Positions 48,491-60,198 of a stretch of DNA of 64,000 bases are shown piece by piece. The position numbers and the translations under genes were made by a program. A model generated the notes under the pieces. That model was not told the DNA's origin and made no database searches. It was given only the letters and a program-made list of their open reading frames with translations. The stretch covers positions 1,678,400 to 1,742,399 of the forward strand of contig JAKMXF010000222.1 of NCBI GenBank assembly GCA_024704765.1. Direction: 5' to 3'. The DNA comes from Oopsacas minuta. Its lineage: Eukaryota > Animalia > Porifera. Position 1 is the first letter of the stretch; each line of letters starts with the position of its first letter.

Positions 48491-49381
48491 TCAACTGTCG
48501 TAGTCGTCGTCATCACTCTGACCATTATTAATAATAGAACTCATGTTGTAGTTGAAGTTATTCGTTTGTAAAGGGGTGGGGATAAGACATGATGAAGAGG
48601 TGGAATTAGTAGGAGCAGGGAGAGAATGGTCATCTGTTGTTATAACCTCCTCTCTGATTTGTTCAGATCGTGTGCCCTCTGTCTTGGGGTCTGTTGGTGT
48701 ATCTGATGGTTGGGGAGTTAGTTCTAATGGCAGTGGTTGGATCATATGAAGTTGGTCCGGATCATTCGGATTTTCAACAGTAGACGTCCAGTTGTGTCCA
48801 ATGAGAAGAGGGTTCTCACCTCTAGCAATTGCTTCTTTCCAAGCCTTCGACTTCCTTCCGCGTCTAGGTTTATAGGGAGTACCATCAGGATTAAATAACT
48901 GAGGTTTTGTCTTCTTTATGGAAGTTCCATCTCCAGATTTCTTTCCAGATCCAAGAGGTCTTCCTCTCTTCCTCTTTGGCATCTCTGAAGAGTCGATAGA
49001 GCCTGTTATAGAGCTAGCAGTTTGTATGCGAGGATCTCTATGTGAATTGTTCATGACGATACTGTGTGATTGTGGCATTATCTCGGGTGTAGATGGTCGA
49101 TTGTCGGTAACATGCTGAACTAGACCTCTTAGAAAGTCAAATTTCGGTTCTGTTTCGATACAGCGCTTTAAGTGGACGGGGGAGAGGGTCCGAGAGGCAG
49201 TCCTAGACTTGTCCAGCTGTTCTTGAGCCTTGGAGAGCAGTGCTTCTAAGAAAACCTCAACAGCACGACTCACTACCAAAGGAACAGGAGCAGATACCTT
49301 CCCGATATCCTCATCTGACTGCATTATCTTCTTGATACGAGCAGATGGGAAACGACTATTGAACTTCCTTTTCGGAGGCAT
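48491..49381 (-). CDS. DRAP1: Dr1-associated corepressor (NC2 alpha)
   Basis: Histone fold [36 protein letters not shown]...[23 protein letters not shown], followed by a long disordered tail. Confidence 0.92.
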   Translation of the reverse strand: MPPKRKFNSRFPSARIKKIMQSDEDIGKVSAPVPLVVSRAVEVFLEALLSKAQEQLDKSRTASRTLSPVHLKRCIETEPKFDFLRGLVQHVTDNRPSTPEIMPQSHSIVMNNSHRDPRIQTASSITGSIDSSEMPKRKRGRPLGSGKKSGDGTSIKKTKPQLFNPDGTPYKPRRGRKSKAWKEAIARGENPLLIGHNWTSTVENPNDPDQLHMIQPLPLELTPQPSDTPTDPKTEGTRSEQIREEVITTDDHSLPAPTNSTSSSCLIPTPLQTNNFNYNMSSIINNGQSDDDDYDS

Positions 49382-50237
49382 TGCATTGAAAATAAAGGCT
49401 TGAAGAAGAATAGAATAATTACTACTATGCTACTTACTACCTATTTGATTGCAAACTATCAACACAGCCTTTTATATAAAACGAGATCAAGCAGTGAGCA
49501 TTTGGAGAGCTGTAGTAGTTAGTATACTATAATATATGATAACATCCAAGGTATCACTTGAAAGGCAGAATAACATTAAATAGAGTAGTAACCAGATTGC
49601 AGGGTTTATAAGGCAATTGTAATAAACTAAATGCATTTTATCTCTGAGAGGCTAAATTTAGAATAATTAGTTATCTAGAATTTGTGACGTATACCCATCA
49701 GGATTCCGCATACTTAAATTTCCAAAAATATGTAAATGAACTGATAGTAGTAGTTTAGAAATGTACTAATAGTTTGCTACTCTAGGGGTCCGAATAAATA
49801 GGGAAATATATATAATCATATGATAAATCATGTAGATATAGATTTCAAACATACTCGATTACCCCAGGAAAACAAATCAAATGAAATATATGCAAAAGGT
49901 GAAAATATGACTAACCAATGGTAAATCTGTGAATTAGTAACTTTCAGACTTTGCAAATCTCAAAATCTGACTCTTCGCACCCAATGGCACACCGGCCATG
50001 CCATTAAGACATCTCCCTATATATAGGAGCTGCCTAAAAATGTCCAGCCAACTGACTGGGGGTGCAGCTCAGGCATCGGGATCATGTTTCTAACCAATAA
50101 ACAATGTTAGTTGTCAGTAGTAAACGTGTATTAGTTATTAGTATAAGCCTAAATTAATGGCGTAAAAACATGGTTAATTATGTAGATTTGTATGTAGGGT
50201 TTTAAGGCAAAACTTTATGCCTATTGGCACCAAATCT

Positions 50238-50680
50238 ATATTATTAAATCACAATTGCTGTCTGACTGTTTGTCTGTTTGTCTGTTTATTTGTCCGTTGT
50301 CAAGGAAAGGATTTACGGTATGCAATCTTGAAATTGTCGCATAACTACATATTTATCGTGTTTATCAAGGAAGTAAATAGAATTCAATACAACTTCACTA
50401 AATATATCGAACAGCTGAATCCAATTTTCACACTTTTGGATTAATCATATGTAAGTTTATTGTTGGTTTTATGAATATAAAGCAAACAAATTTCAAAATT
50501 GAGGTAGTATCATATTTTTAAAGCTATCCTGGGGTAATCGAGTATACTGAGACCGAATATTGTAAACAACATCAATATTATTAAATCTCAATTGTTGTTT
50601 GTCTGTTTGTTTGTCCGTTGAATACTACGAGGCGCAATGCACCGAGTTCATCGCGAAGCGACGAGCCTTTGGCTCGTTGC
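50238..50680. mobile_element. Helentron/HINE-like repeat, most complete copy
   Basis: Head (ATTATTAAATC..CAATTG + GTTT/GTCT microsatellite), ~300-bp core, second head, then GGCGCAATGCACC and ACGAGCC-TTT-GGCTCGT hairpin. Confidence 0.72.
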
Positions 50681-51156
50681 TATTAAATCCTGATCTGGCT
50701 GGTTTCCAGGATATAATAACAATTTAGTGCAAATCACATATTGTATTTTTTCGAAAAAATAATTTTATATCTGATAACGTCTAATTTGATTTTGTGACCT
50801 ACGACACGAGTGTTTTTATCCTAAGTAACAGTAGAATGAGTAGATGAATCAAAATTCAGTGGAAACGATTATTTGCTGTAGGCAATTATTTGTTTTTGAG
50901 ACCGTCAGGATTAGAAGGGGGGTTATTTGAGTAAATATGGTTTATCCCTAATCAGGTAATCTAGACTCAGGAATTCAGCCCAAATAAGCTGACTGAGCTG
51001 ATTAAATATGACGTTATAACACTCCTGGGGTGTTACAGCGTCGTTTTAAATCGGCTATTATAGCAAGAGCCAAGATGGATAAAGCTACATACAGAGATGG
51101 TTTTCATACCTCAATTATTTCTAAATTTTTTTTTTCTTCCAATTTTATTCTTCAGA

Positions 51157-53008
51157 ATGTTTAAAAAGTGGAAGATCTTTTCCCGACCGTCTACTTCTCT
51201 AGACAGGTTCGATATCGATTTGATAAACCCATCTGACTTGTATCCTATTAATGCTGCTAATACTCCATCAACACAACCACCAATATCACCTATACGTAGT
51301 GAATATTGGCCTTCAACTAATATGCAAACATCTGACCCTCTAGACGAGAGGATGATAATGCAGAATATTCGAGATTTAGTTCATCATGGTTGGTATTGGG
51401 GTCCTATAAGCAAAGTAGAAGCTGAAAATAAACTACATGGCAAGGATGATGGTACTTTCTTAGTCCGTGATAGTTCAGATGAGAGACATCTATTTGCAAT
51501 AAGTTTTCGCAGATCATCAAAAACTTGCCACGTAAGAATTGAATTTTGGAAAGGAAAGTATTCATTGTTTCCGAAGGGTACAGATGATTGTTATGACTCA
51601 GTGGAGGAGATGATCGATCATGCAATGAATCATTGTAAGAATGGAGGATTTTTCTACAGGTAAGAGAGGGCTGAAACTAATTATCGAATCAACACGAAAT
51701 TACGAATTAACCTTTCCAAACGAACGATTATATTTGATATTTGTCATATATAGATGACTAAGCAATAATTTCTTCAAAGCAATAGAATCAATAGCTTACG
51801 AACCGCCATTCATTTAGGTATGTTCAGGGAGGTCGAGTCATTCTCTGGCCGTTAATTCAGTTCTGTTTAGAGATAATTCAGCTCAATTTTGCCTTGATAT
51901 TGCTGCTGAGAAAATTCACATAAGATACCTTGAAATATATTATAGACTAGCGGCTTTGCTTGCGAACACTTCATGCCTCGAATTGAGCAAAGTATAAAAG
52001 TAGCAACATATTCAGAATACGTAGTCGAAAATATCATATTCGGATTCAGTATACTTGATTACCATATATATCTGTTGAAAGCAAGTCTCTAAGATATTTC
52101 GAGAATCAGATATTTGTTTACTTTATTTTCATAAAAACAACAAAAATTTACACATGATTAATTCAAAAGTGTGAAAATCGGATTCCGCATATTCGATATA
52201 TTTGGTCAAGAATTGGCCCGGGAAACCACCAAAATTCCACGAAATTTTGGTACCTTTATTGGACCAATATTCCAAGGAATTTTGAATTTGATCCTAAATA
52301 TTGCTTCCAAAGACCCAAACTACAACCAGGAGATTGAGGAACATTTAGATAACAGCCAGGTGCAATCCTGACAATAATCCATAGTAAATTTAACTCAATC
52401 CATATCGTGAACATTCAACTACCGTATTTCCCTGAATAAACGTTTTTTCGTCTAAATTTTATGCAATTTTGAAAATATAAATGATTTTTGTAAACATATC
52501 ATCCAAATTTGTTCGCATAGTAAAATGAGGCGTAAATTTCATCAAAAAATTCTCCTAGCCTAGAGGGTGGTGATAAATTTTATTCAAAGGTCTTGGAGCC
52601 TTTTGCTTGCCCTCGTCGCGTATTCAGGGAAATACGGTAATCCACAATTTTTCGGGAACCAAATTCCAGTGATTTTCTCATTAAATACTAATATGTAGAA
52701 ATTTCATTAAATTCTTAAATAATAGCATAAACTAGAATCAAAATGTTCGTTTAGTCTCACCATCTATATATGTATAATTTCTATTATATTTCCTATTTCA
52801 ATATTTATCCCACTTTAGCTGTCCTCACGATCAGCCATTATTGTCTCTTCCAGCGTCCCTCGTTAAACCAATTTCAAGATTTATGCAGGTTCGTACCCTA
52901 CAACATCATTGTAAATTTGTCATTCGACAGAACATACGATGGGATCTTATTGACTGCCTTGGGCTTCCAACTCGTATTCAAGAATATGTGTGTTCATCAA
53001 TATTTTAA
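51157..53008 (+). CDS. SOCS6/7-like suppressor of cytokine signalling (SH2 + SOCS box), 2 exons
   Basis: Exons 51157-51659 and 52819-53008 in frame (693 nt). SH2 GWYWGPISKVEAENKL...GTFLVRDSSDERHLFAISFR; SOCS box KPISRFMQVRTLQHHCKFVIRQ (human SOCS6 PVSRFMQVRSLQYLCRFVIRQ). Confidence 0.9.
52422..52637. mobile_element. pogo/Tigger-type MITE in SOCS intron
   Basis: Perfect 17-bp TIRs CCGTATTTCCCTGAATA / TATTCAGGGAAATACGG with TA flanks. Confidence 0.85.
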
Positions 53009-53352
53009 CCATTTTGATATCGTATATTTGGATTGTATTCTTCGAAGAGATACATATCATTCCAGAAATTTTGTAATTGTCTAATGAGTACTGTGTTGTG
53101 TTTCATTTTTGCTGTTTTAAATATGATTTCTAATAAAATTATTTCTTTAACAAAATGTATAGAGATACACGATTTCGTCACATTGGTCCAGGACATTGAG
53201 TATATATAGGCGTCTAACTGTCTACGTTTCTACCTTATTTCAGTCGTATTATAATTATTATTTAGAATTCGAATAAAAGAATTATTTTTGGGTTCGCCTT
53301 TGCCGCTAATAAAGTTCCTGGATACCCATTGCTAATTCATGATGTGTTATTG

Positions 53353-53471
53353 CAAGGTTGAAACTGCTCGAACTGAATATCAGTATTCATGAATAGTAGC
53401 CTAACCGAATACTCATAATATTCGGTTTGGGCCAATCGAATACCGGATACTAATATTCGGTTGGAACCTTG
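53353..53471. mobile_element. ACCGAATA-family MITE copy
   Basis: CAAGGTTG...GGAACCTTG termini, same internal sequence as 15959-16136. Confidence 0.8.
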
Positions 53472-54193
53472 GTTTATTGGCTGATTACATGCGTACTTAT
53501 CTTTTGGTTTCACAATAGTTATACAAAATTACAAAGATGGTGAATAGTGTAATTTCAACAATTATATTAAAGTCATATTAAACATTGCCAAGAACTAATA
53601 GTAGCATACTATAGAATAGTCAATTAACAAGAGACCGCTTTTATTACTTTGATATTATCGGAGAATTTCATTGGGAATTGGTATAACTCTAATCCATCAA
53701 AAGCTGTCGACAATTATAAGCAAATTAAAGACACTGGCACAATACAAAGGGATAACGTCACGGAATCCGTTAGATATCTACTCAGACAATTCTAAAAACA
53801 AGTTAAATGACACTGGAGTATGGACTTATAGTCGTTATAGAGGCGCGGTTGCCGTGGGAACGGAATTTCAACTCCCAAAGGATCTCTATGGGAATTCCTC
53901 CCAGTGTCATTCAAACCTTACGTAAAGTAATGCAAAATTGGAAATACAAAAGATTGAGCTGTCACACTTACTTATCACGTAATGGTTTGAACAGCCCCAT
54001 GAAATTTAGATATAATCCCATCAATAAACAGGGAAAACAATTACAAACGTATAATAAGTGTACTATCAAAACAGATAGATTAGTGAGAGAATAATCCAGT
54101 CTGGCTAGATCAGTGCGACACATTTCGACATAACCTAATATTATATAGTCACTAGATGGGTAAATAATCTACTACGATAATGATATCTAATAG

Positions 54194-55090
54194 CTAAGGA
54201 GTGAGTTCTATGGACAGTCCACTTCTGTGATTACCAGCTGAGAAGTTAAGCATGTCGAATTCTGAATTGAATACCAAAGATACAGACGGTCTGATTGCAT
54301 GGCGAAATGATAAGCCGAGTGATCCACAGTTATTCAGTGTTCCACGGATGGTAGATATATCGTTCAGAGCGTACTTGAAGGCTCCAGCCAGAGCAGAAGT
54401 GTTTTCAGAGAATACGTGCTGTGCTTTTACTCCGTAGCTGAAAGTAGGGTTTACCTCGTGGAAAATAGTCGTCTTTAGCTTGTCCAAGTTATCAGACATA
54501 GCTATAGTAACCTGGTGAGATTTCCCAGACATACCCATGGTCAATTCTTTACTTTCTACTTGCTTGGTGGAAACATTAACGCCAACACGTCCGCCAATAA
54601 ACAGACCACTCTTCCCCAATACGATGGAATGATCAGAAAGAAATTCGTTATTCTTGTATTTCCCGCAACTGGCCACAGCCGCGTTGTGGTGCGAGTACTT
54701 TATCGTACCATCTGCTGCGAAATTAGTATCCTGTACTGGAATTAGACCAGCTCCAACCTCTATATTCAACGGTCTATTACGTACAGTTTTCTCAAACTCC
54801 AGACGAGTATTTATGCTGTTTTCCAAATCCCATGATTCAGTGTAGGTAGCTCCATAAGTGGGATCTTTATACTTGAACTCCACCTTACCGCCTGTATGTC
54901 CACTCTCTCTATTATACTCACCTGTTGTCTTGAATTCAAAGGGATCTTGAGTTGTCGATGTTAGTTTTACTTTGACCTTTTGATGGTCAAGATCATCAGT
55001 AAAGAGGTTGTCACCGTCAGTTCCTATATCAGCGAAAAAGGGTACGTCATTCTCTGTTACTCCAGTGAAGAATCGTTTTAGGAAAGCCAT
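54194..55090 (-). CDS. VDAC: Voltage-dependent anion channel (mitochondrial porin), divergent
   Basis: 298 aa. N-terminal PFFADIG...LF helix, alternating beta-strand pattern, KYKDPTYGATYTESWD (VDAC L.F.EKW region), LNNCGSLGLSF, GNHRSGLSIEL C-terminus. Confidence 0.9.
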   Translation of the reverse strand: MAFLKRFFTGVTENDVPFFADIGTDGDNLFTDDLDHQKVKVKLTSTTQDPFEFKTTGEYNRESGHTGGKVEFKYKDPTYGATYTESWDLENSINTRLEFEKTVRNRPLNIEVGAGLIPVQDTNFAADGTIKYSHHNAAVASCGKYKNNEFLSDHSIVLGKSGLFIGGRVGVNVSTKQVESKELTMGMSGKSHQVTIAMSDNLDKLKTTIFHEVNPTFSYGVKAQHVFSENTSALAGAFKYALNDISTIRGTLNNCGSLGLSFRHAIRPSVSLVFNSEFDMLNFSAGNHRSGLSIELTP

Positions 55091-55680
55091 TCTGATATTA
55101 AGTAGAATCTAGTCCTGTGAACATATGAAGATATATAATAATTGTTGATAAATAACTCAAGGGTGGTTCATAATGAGTAAGTCTTTCTAGAATTTCTAAA
55201 AGAATATTAACTCCAAAGGCTCAACCACATAAATTTGTCATCTAATATTATCATCATATTTAGTTTTAGTGGAAAGGAAGACTGAAAATTATAATTAATC
55301 TTATGATAAACGAATATGATACGAAGAGAGCAAGTTTACTTGTGGAACTGAGATATTTACATATATTGTGGTTGCATTTAATTATAGTATTCATATGTAC
55401 CTTGGAGTGGAATTAACGACCAAATCAGTGCAGGGCTCCAACTCTCACGATTTTGGGTCTACAAATACTGCAGAATCCCTTGTCTTTTCATGAAAACTAA
55501 TACTAAATTGCATATCTCACGATAGAATTGTGAGATTTTGACGAATCTCACAATTTTGATGGTTTCCAGGTTGAGAGCCCTATCAGTGAGGGATTATTAT
55601 TGAGGCTAATGAGGCTGAAGCCTCTGAGTGACCCATGTGTAGCCGTTTAGAATGAGTCTCAACGTATATTTTAATTAAAT

Positions 55681-56122
55681 ACGAGCCTTTGGCTCGTCGC
55701 ATTGCGCCTCGAAGTATCCATTATTCTCCAAATTGACGGCCCCTTTGAGTATTATAATATAGATATATTTAGAACAATGTAATTCACAAATATACATATA
55801 TGGCAGATATATTATTGAATTATTTTGTAAGATCAACCCCCTGTGTAGCCGTTTAGAGCAAGCCTGTACGCATATTTTGAGATTTGGATAATTTGTTTAC
55901 TTTATATTCATGAAAACAACAATGGATTTGCATATGATTAATCCAAAGGTGTGAAAATTGGATTCAGCATGTTCGATGTATTTAGTGAAGTTTATTGAAT
56001 TCTATTTACTTCCTTGAAAAACACGATAAATACATAGTTATGCGACAATTTCAAAATTGCATACCGCAAATCCTTTCCTTGACAACGGACAAACACAGAC
56101 AAACAACAATTGAGATTTCAAT
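55681..56122. mobile_element. Helentron/HINE-like repeat copy (opposite orientation to 50238 copy)
   Basis: ACGAGCCTTTGGCTCGTCGCATTGCGCC hairpin end at 55681, core at ~55835-56122 ending ACGGACAAACACAGACAAACAACAATTGAGATTT. Confidence 0.7.
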
Positions 56123-56823
56123 TATTCCTTTACTATATATTTTTTTCCCTAAAACAACAAATAGTGGAACCAACCAATCTAAAGTTGGTCTGATTGAAAT
56201 CTGATCAACTGCAACCGGACCGTCTCCTATCTCCATGAATAATACGTTATGTTCTGAACAAATAACTTTCCAGATAAGAATCCGCTTTACAACTGGCTAA
56301 TTGTATGAAATAATATACGTATTGATGGACAAATATCTTCCCATTGAATTCCACTTGCAAAAATACGTATTATGAACTTATGATGCTTGAGCTACATGAA
56401 CATGAGTATATTTTTAAACGTGAATGACGTTAATGTATAAGCAGTGTTCCCTCTAACTTTTAGGACGCGTAGGGACGAAATTACGTCTTGGATATCCAAA
56501 CTGTGCCTGCTGCGGGCTTGTTATCAATGGATGGAAGTTTTGGTTGTATTGGTGATTAAACTTTATTAATATCTCATGTTGTTGATTTATGAATTGTAAT
56601 CTATTAAAATACTAAGTGTGTGTCAATTGGACACATAGGCCATGTCCAATTGTCGATTACCTTACTTACCAAACCCTTAAAAATATTTCCCTGGATTTCT
56701 TGTAAGATATCGGGATAATTCATGGATCCCGGGCGGGTTGGCAAGTATGCATTAGGTAGATAGTGTTCGAGGTTATCTCGTACTGTGGACTATATAGTTC
56801 ACGCTCGTACGAATTCCCTAGAT

Positions 56824-56998
56824 CAGGATTTCTCAACCTGTGTCCTTGACCCACTGTGTTCACAGAGATTTTTTATGTGGATTTTCGGTCAAGCTGAAGC
56901 TCCATGACCAATTTGACCAAATATGTCCACCTGGGTGTGGTCAGGACACAAAATTTCGAAATGTGTGGCCATAGCCCATGAGAATTTGAGAAACTCTG
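56824..56998. mobile_element. hAT-Charlie-like MITE (175 bp)
   Basis: TIRs CAGGATTTCTCAA / TTGAGAAACTCTG with perfect 8-bp TSD CCCTAGAT (CTAG-centred, typical of Charlie-group hATs). Confidence 0.85.
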
Positions 56999-57118
56999 CC
57001 CTAGATGTTGGCATGTTGCCCAGGCGTTTTGAAGCCTTTTACATAAGTGAGTGAAGTTCTCTCGATTTAGCTCGAACAGCATTTCTAACTATAGTCACTT
57101 GTATATTTTATCTCTCAT

Positions 57119-57185
57119 TTCGGATTGTGGCCTACTAAAATAGTAGTCCATGGTGGGACTACTATTTAGTAGGCCACAATCCGAA
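57119..57185. repeat. Near-perfect hairpin (30-bp stem, 6-nt loop)
   Basis: TTCGGATTGTGGCCTACTAAAATAGTAGTCC-ATGGTG-GGACTACTATTTAGTAGGCCACAATCCGAA (one bulged A). Confidence 0.9.
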
Positions 57186-58858
57186 GTTTAACCGAATGCA
57201 TTGTAATTTTACCGCACAATTCGTATAGGATGCGTTTTATTACGAAATAGTGGAGAAGCTCTTAGATGTTATTTTGTGTTATTTTACCAGCTACAATCTA
57301 TTTGCAACTTTCTAAAAGTTATTTATAGCAATATAGCTATCCCTGGGATACATGCACGTAATATCTACCAAATGGACATGTGCTATGCAATTATAATAGT
57401 AAGTACAGAGGAACTTAACGAGGTTCTACTGTCAAATGATCAATTTATCATATAACAAGTCATTTTACTAATACGTAATTATGTGGACAGCCAAGCACTT
57501 ATCATTAAAATTGTCTGCTTATAGCTTCTAGCGCGCGTTGAATGATCATAGGCCACCTAGAAGCCATTTTGGGTGGACATGACATCATCTCTGCCCAACC
57601 TGAATCGGGAGCTTTGTTGCGGCTATATTCAGGGGTATCCAAGCACTAAGTAGTACATTCAAATGTGAAATATCAGTATTCATGAATAGCAGCCTAACCA
57701 AATACTATTGAAAATATTCGGTTTTGACCAACCGAATACTATTCGCTAAATATCATTCAGTTGAACCGAATATTGAACTATTCGATTGCAACCTTGATTT
57801 GCAACAAATATCAATTGATGAATGAGTAGCTGAAATGAAACTAATTTCGAATTAATAGGCGAAATATCCCCTTTCACTTATCAGGCTGCATAATCATGAA
57901 CTAATACGACAATCTTGCATAATCGCATTTAATAAACAGTTTAAAGAGTTAACATGTGTAGTTGAGTAAAGTTGAAACAGCAGGGGGCATTCGTTTTAAA
58001 TGATTTAGAATGCTGCCATATAAAACACATTCCTGAGTCATTCTTGCGTTGCTATAGACGAAAAGTGTTGAAGCGACGGCTTGGGCGTCGGGGAATTTAC
58101 ACTGATACGAATATCTGTATAATAATTGGATTAGTTGTGAATTGTGGCTGACATAATTAAGACAGCATTCTATCCCATAATATAATTGATATCACAAATT
58201 ATAACTATATACTAATGAGGGGAAAGATGTATGTGCTGCATTGCAATATGAGTCCTAACAAATGATAGTCATGACTAAAATTTGTCCATGATAATATTCC
58301 TATAGCAAAATAATTGAACAATAATGTAATTATATTCATGACCATAACGAATGTTTGTCATGAATAAAATTCAATAATACTACTTAACAAGTTTGCTCGA
58401 TGCTATATTCGTGCACTTCCTGGTGACTCCTGCTGGATTCGGATAAAGTAAGATTAGATAGCAATCAACTAGGTAGATTGTATTAATGAAATGTATTTCC
58501 CATGACATTGTCTTAACACTATTAATATGTGAATTGTAAATTTACTAAGATCGTGTTTTTTTAAATTGGTAATTAAACTAATCACGATCATCATAATTAC
58601 AATATTTTGGAATGTGCTTTGGGAATCACTTGTTTGTATTCAATTCGACATCAATCGAATTTGCTTATTGAATTCTTAGTTCTTAAGGTAATCATCATTA
58701 ATAAATGATCAAAAATATACTTTTACTCACAAATCTTGAATCGATGCGTATTAAAATATATCATTCAAGGGTTTCTCCAACCAGCATCATGGGAACGACG
58801 GAATCGAAATGTTTTGGCCAGACAATGAACTCAAGTATAGGTCTAACAATAGATCCAG

Positions 58859-59616
58859 CCATAGACTACTATATCATACAGATAGGAAAGTAGCAGAGCA
58901 ACGAATAAAAAAGAGATGCCATTTATATAAATCCATAAAAGCTAAATTAACCCTTCAAAATTTGTAAATTGAACTTTTTTAAGACTACCTAAAAAGATCA
59001 AACGGCCATCCTTCATCTCGTTTAGCCGCATTCAATCACTACATCAAAATTCACACAAATGCTCATCAAAAATAGAATTTTTACTTATTGAAATTCTTAT
59101 ATTTCGATGAATTAATGTCCTCTATTGATTCATATGGTATATATAATTAGCACGCTTTCTTTAGAATAGAATTCGGATCACATCTTCATATCTTATTTTT
59201 GAAATTCATAAATCTATTTTTGCTAAATATATTAATTTCATGTCCATGGTATAATTCAGAAATTTTTCTTCCAATAAGCTATTTTTAAAACATGGATCTA
59301 ACTTGAGTGTGAAGAACATGTACGAATTCAAATAATATTAGCAAATAAAATACATTTTTTACAAAAATATTTTGAGAAAATAGTCAAATTATATAAATGC
59401 TAACGTCATCGCATAAATGGCGCCTAAACGAGATGAAGGATGGCCGTTTGAACTTTTAGGTAGTCTTAACTGATTCCTTACATTTTCTAACCCTAAAAAG
59501 ATCAAATCACAAATTTTGAAGGGGTAATTTAACTTTTATGAGATTTATATAAATGGCCTTTCTTTTTTATTCGTTGCTCGGCTACTTTCCTATCTGTATG
59601 ATATAGTAGTCTATGG
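58859..59616. mobile_element. Foldback/MITE with ~170-bp TIRs and apparent 5-bp TSD
   Basis: Arms ~58859-59030 and ~59418-59616 are reverse complements (CCATAGACTACTATATCATACAGATAGGAAAGTAGC...). TCCAG lies directly on both flanks. Confidence 0.85.
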
Positions 59617-59805
59617 TCCAGCTAATGAGTAACAATGGAGGATTTGAATAATTTTTCGGGCACGGTTCGAACGGCCGAAAAGGTATCTCCTAGAAACATA
59701 TTTAGTGAAGTCAATCATGGATTGGTGGAGATTTGTTATAGCAACCTAAGTTGCTGTTTATACAATATTGTCCTACTAGCATAAGCAGGGATTCATAGAA
59801 TACTA

Positions 59806-60032
59806 CAGTCAAACTTTTCTATATAGCCCATCATACACGATGCAACTTTGTTGCATCGTGTATGATGGCTTAAAGGCCAAAGAGGCCGTTGTGACCAGGT
59901 TTAGCGGCTTTAAGGGAACAAAAATGGTGGCCGCTTTAAAGAGGTCATTATAATGGGAAATCTTTAAGTAGCCGCTATCTGTAGGTACGATATACAGAAC
60001 GATAAATAGAGGTGGCCGAGCAGGTTTGACTG
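59806..60032. mobile_element. pogo-type MITE carrying an inserted perfect hairpin
   Basis: TA|CAGTCAAAC ... GTTTGACTG termini; contains the 59828-59868 hairpin. Confidence 0.6.
59828..59868. repeat. Perfect 19-bp hairpin
   Basis: CCATCATACACGATGCAAC-TTT-GTTGCATCGTGTATGATGG. Confidence 0.92.
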
Positions 60033-60198
60033 AAATTATAGATTATTAGGAGGAGGGGGCAAAATAGTTCACTATCCACATATCTCCATTTCGACTTTCC
60101 AGCATTCTTCTTAGCAGGTTTCTTATACATTCCATATTTCCATATTTCCATATTACAAACTTCATACAACAAGCATGCAACCTAATACATCTCTAATT

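Noticed and set aside
52770-53084. Track ORF as SOCS exon 2
   Set aside because: The SOCS box is in a different frame (52819-53008) that is phase-compatible with exon 1.
53671-54094. Two overlapping 84/95-aa ORFs downstream of VDAC
   Set aside because: Non-ATG starts, no splice or domain support.
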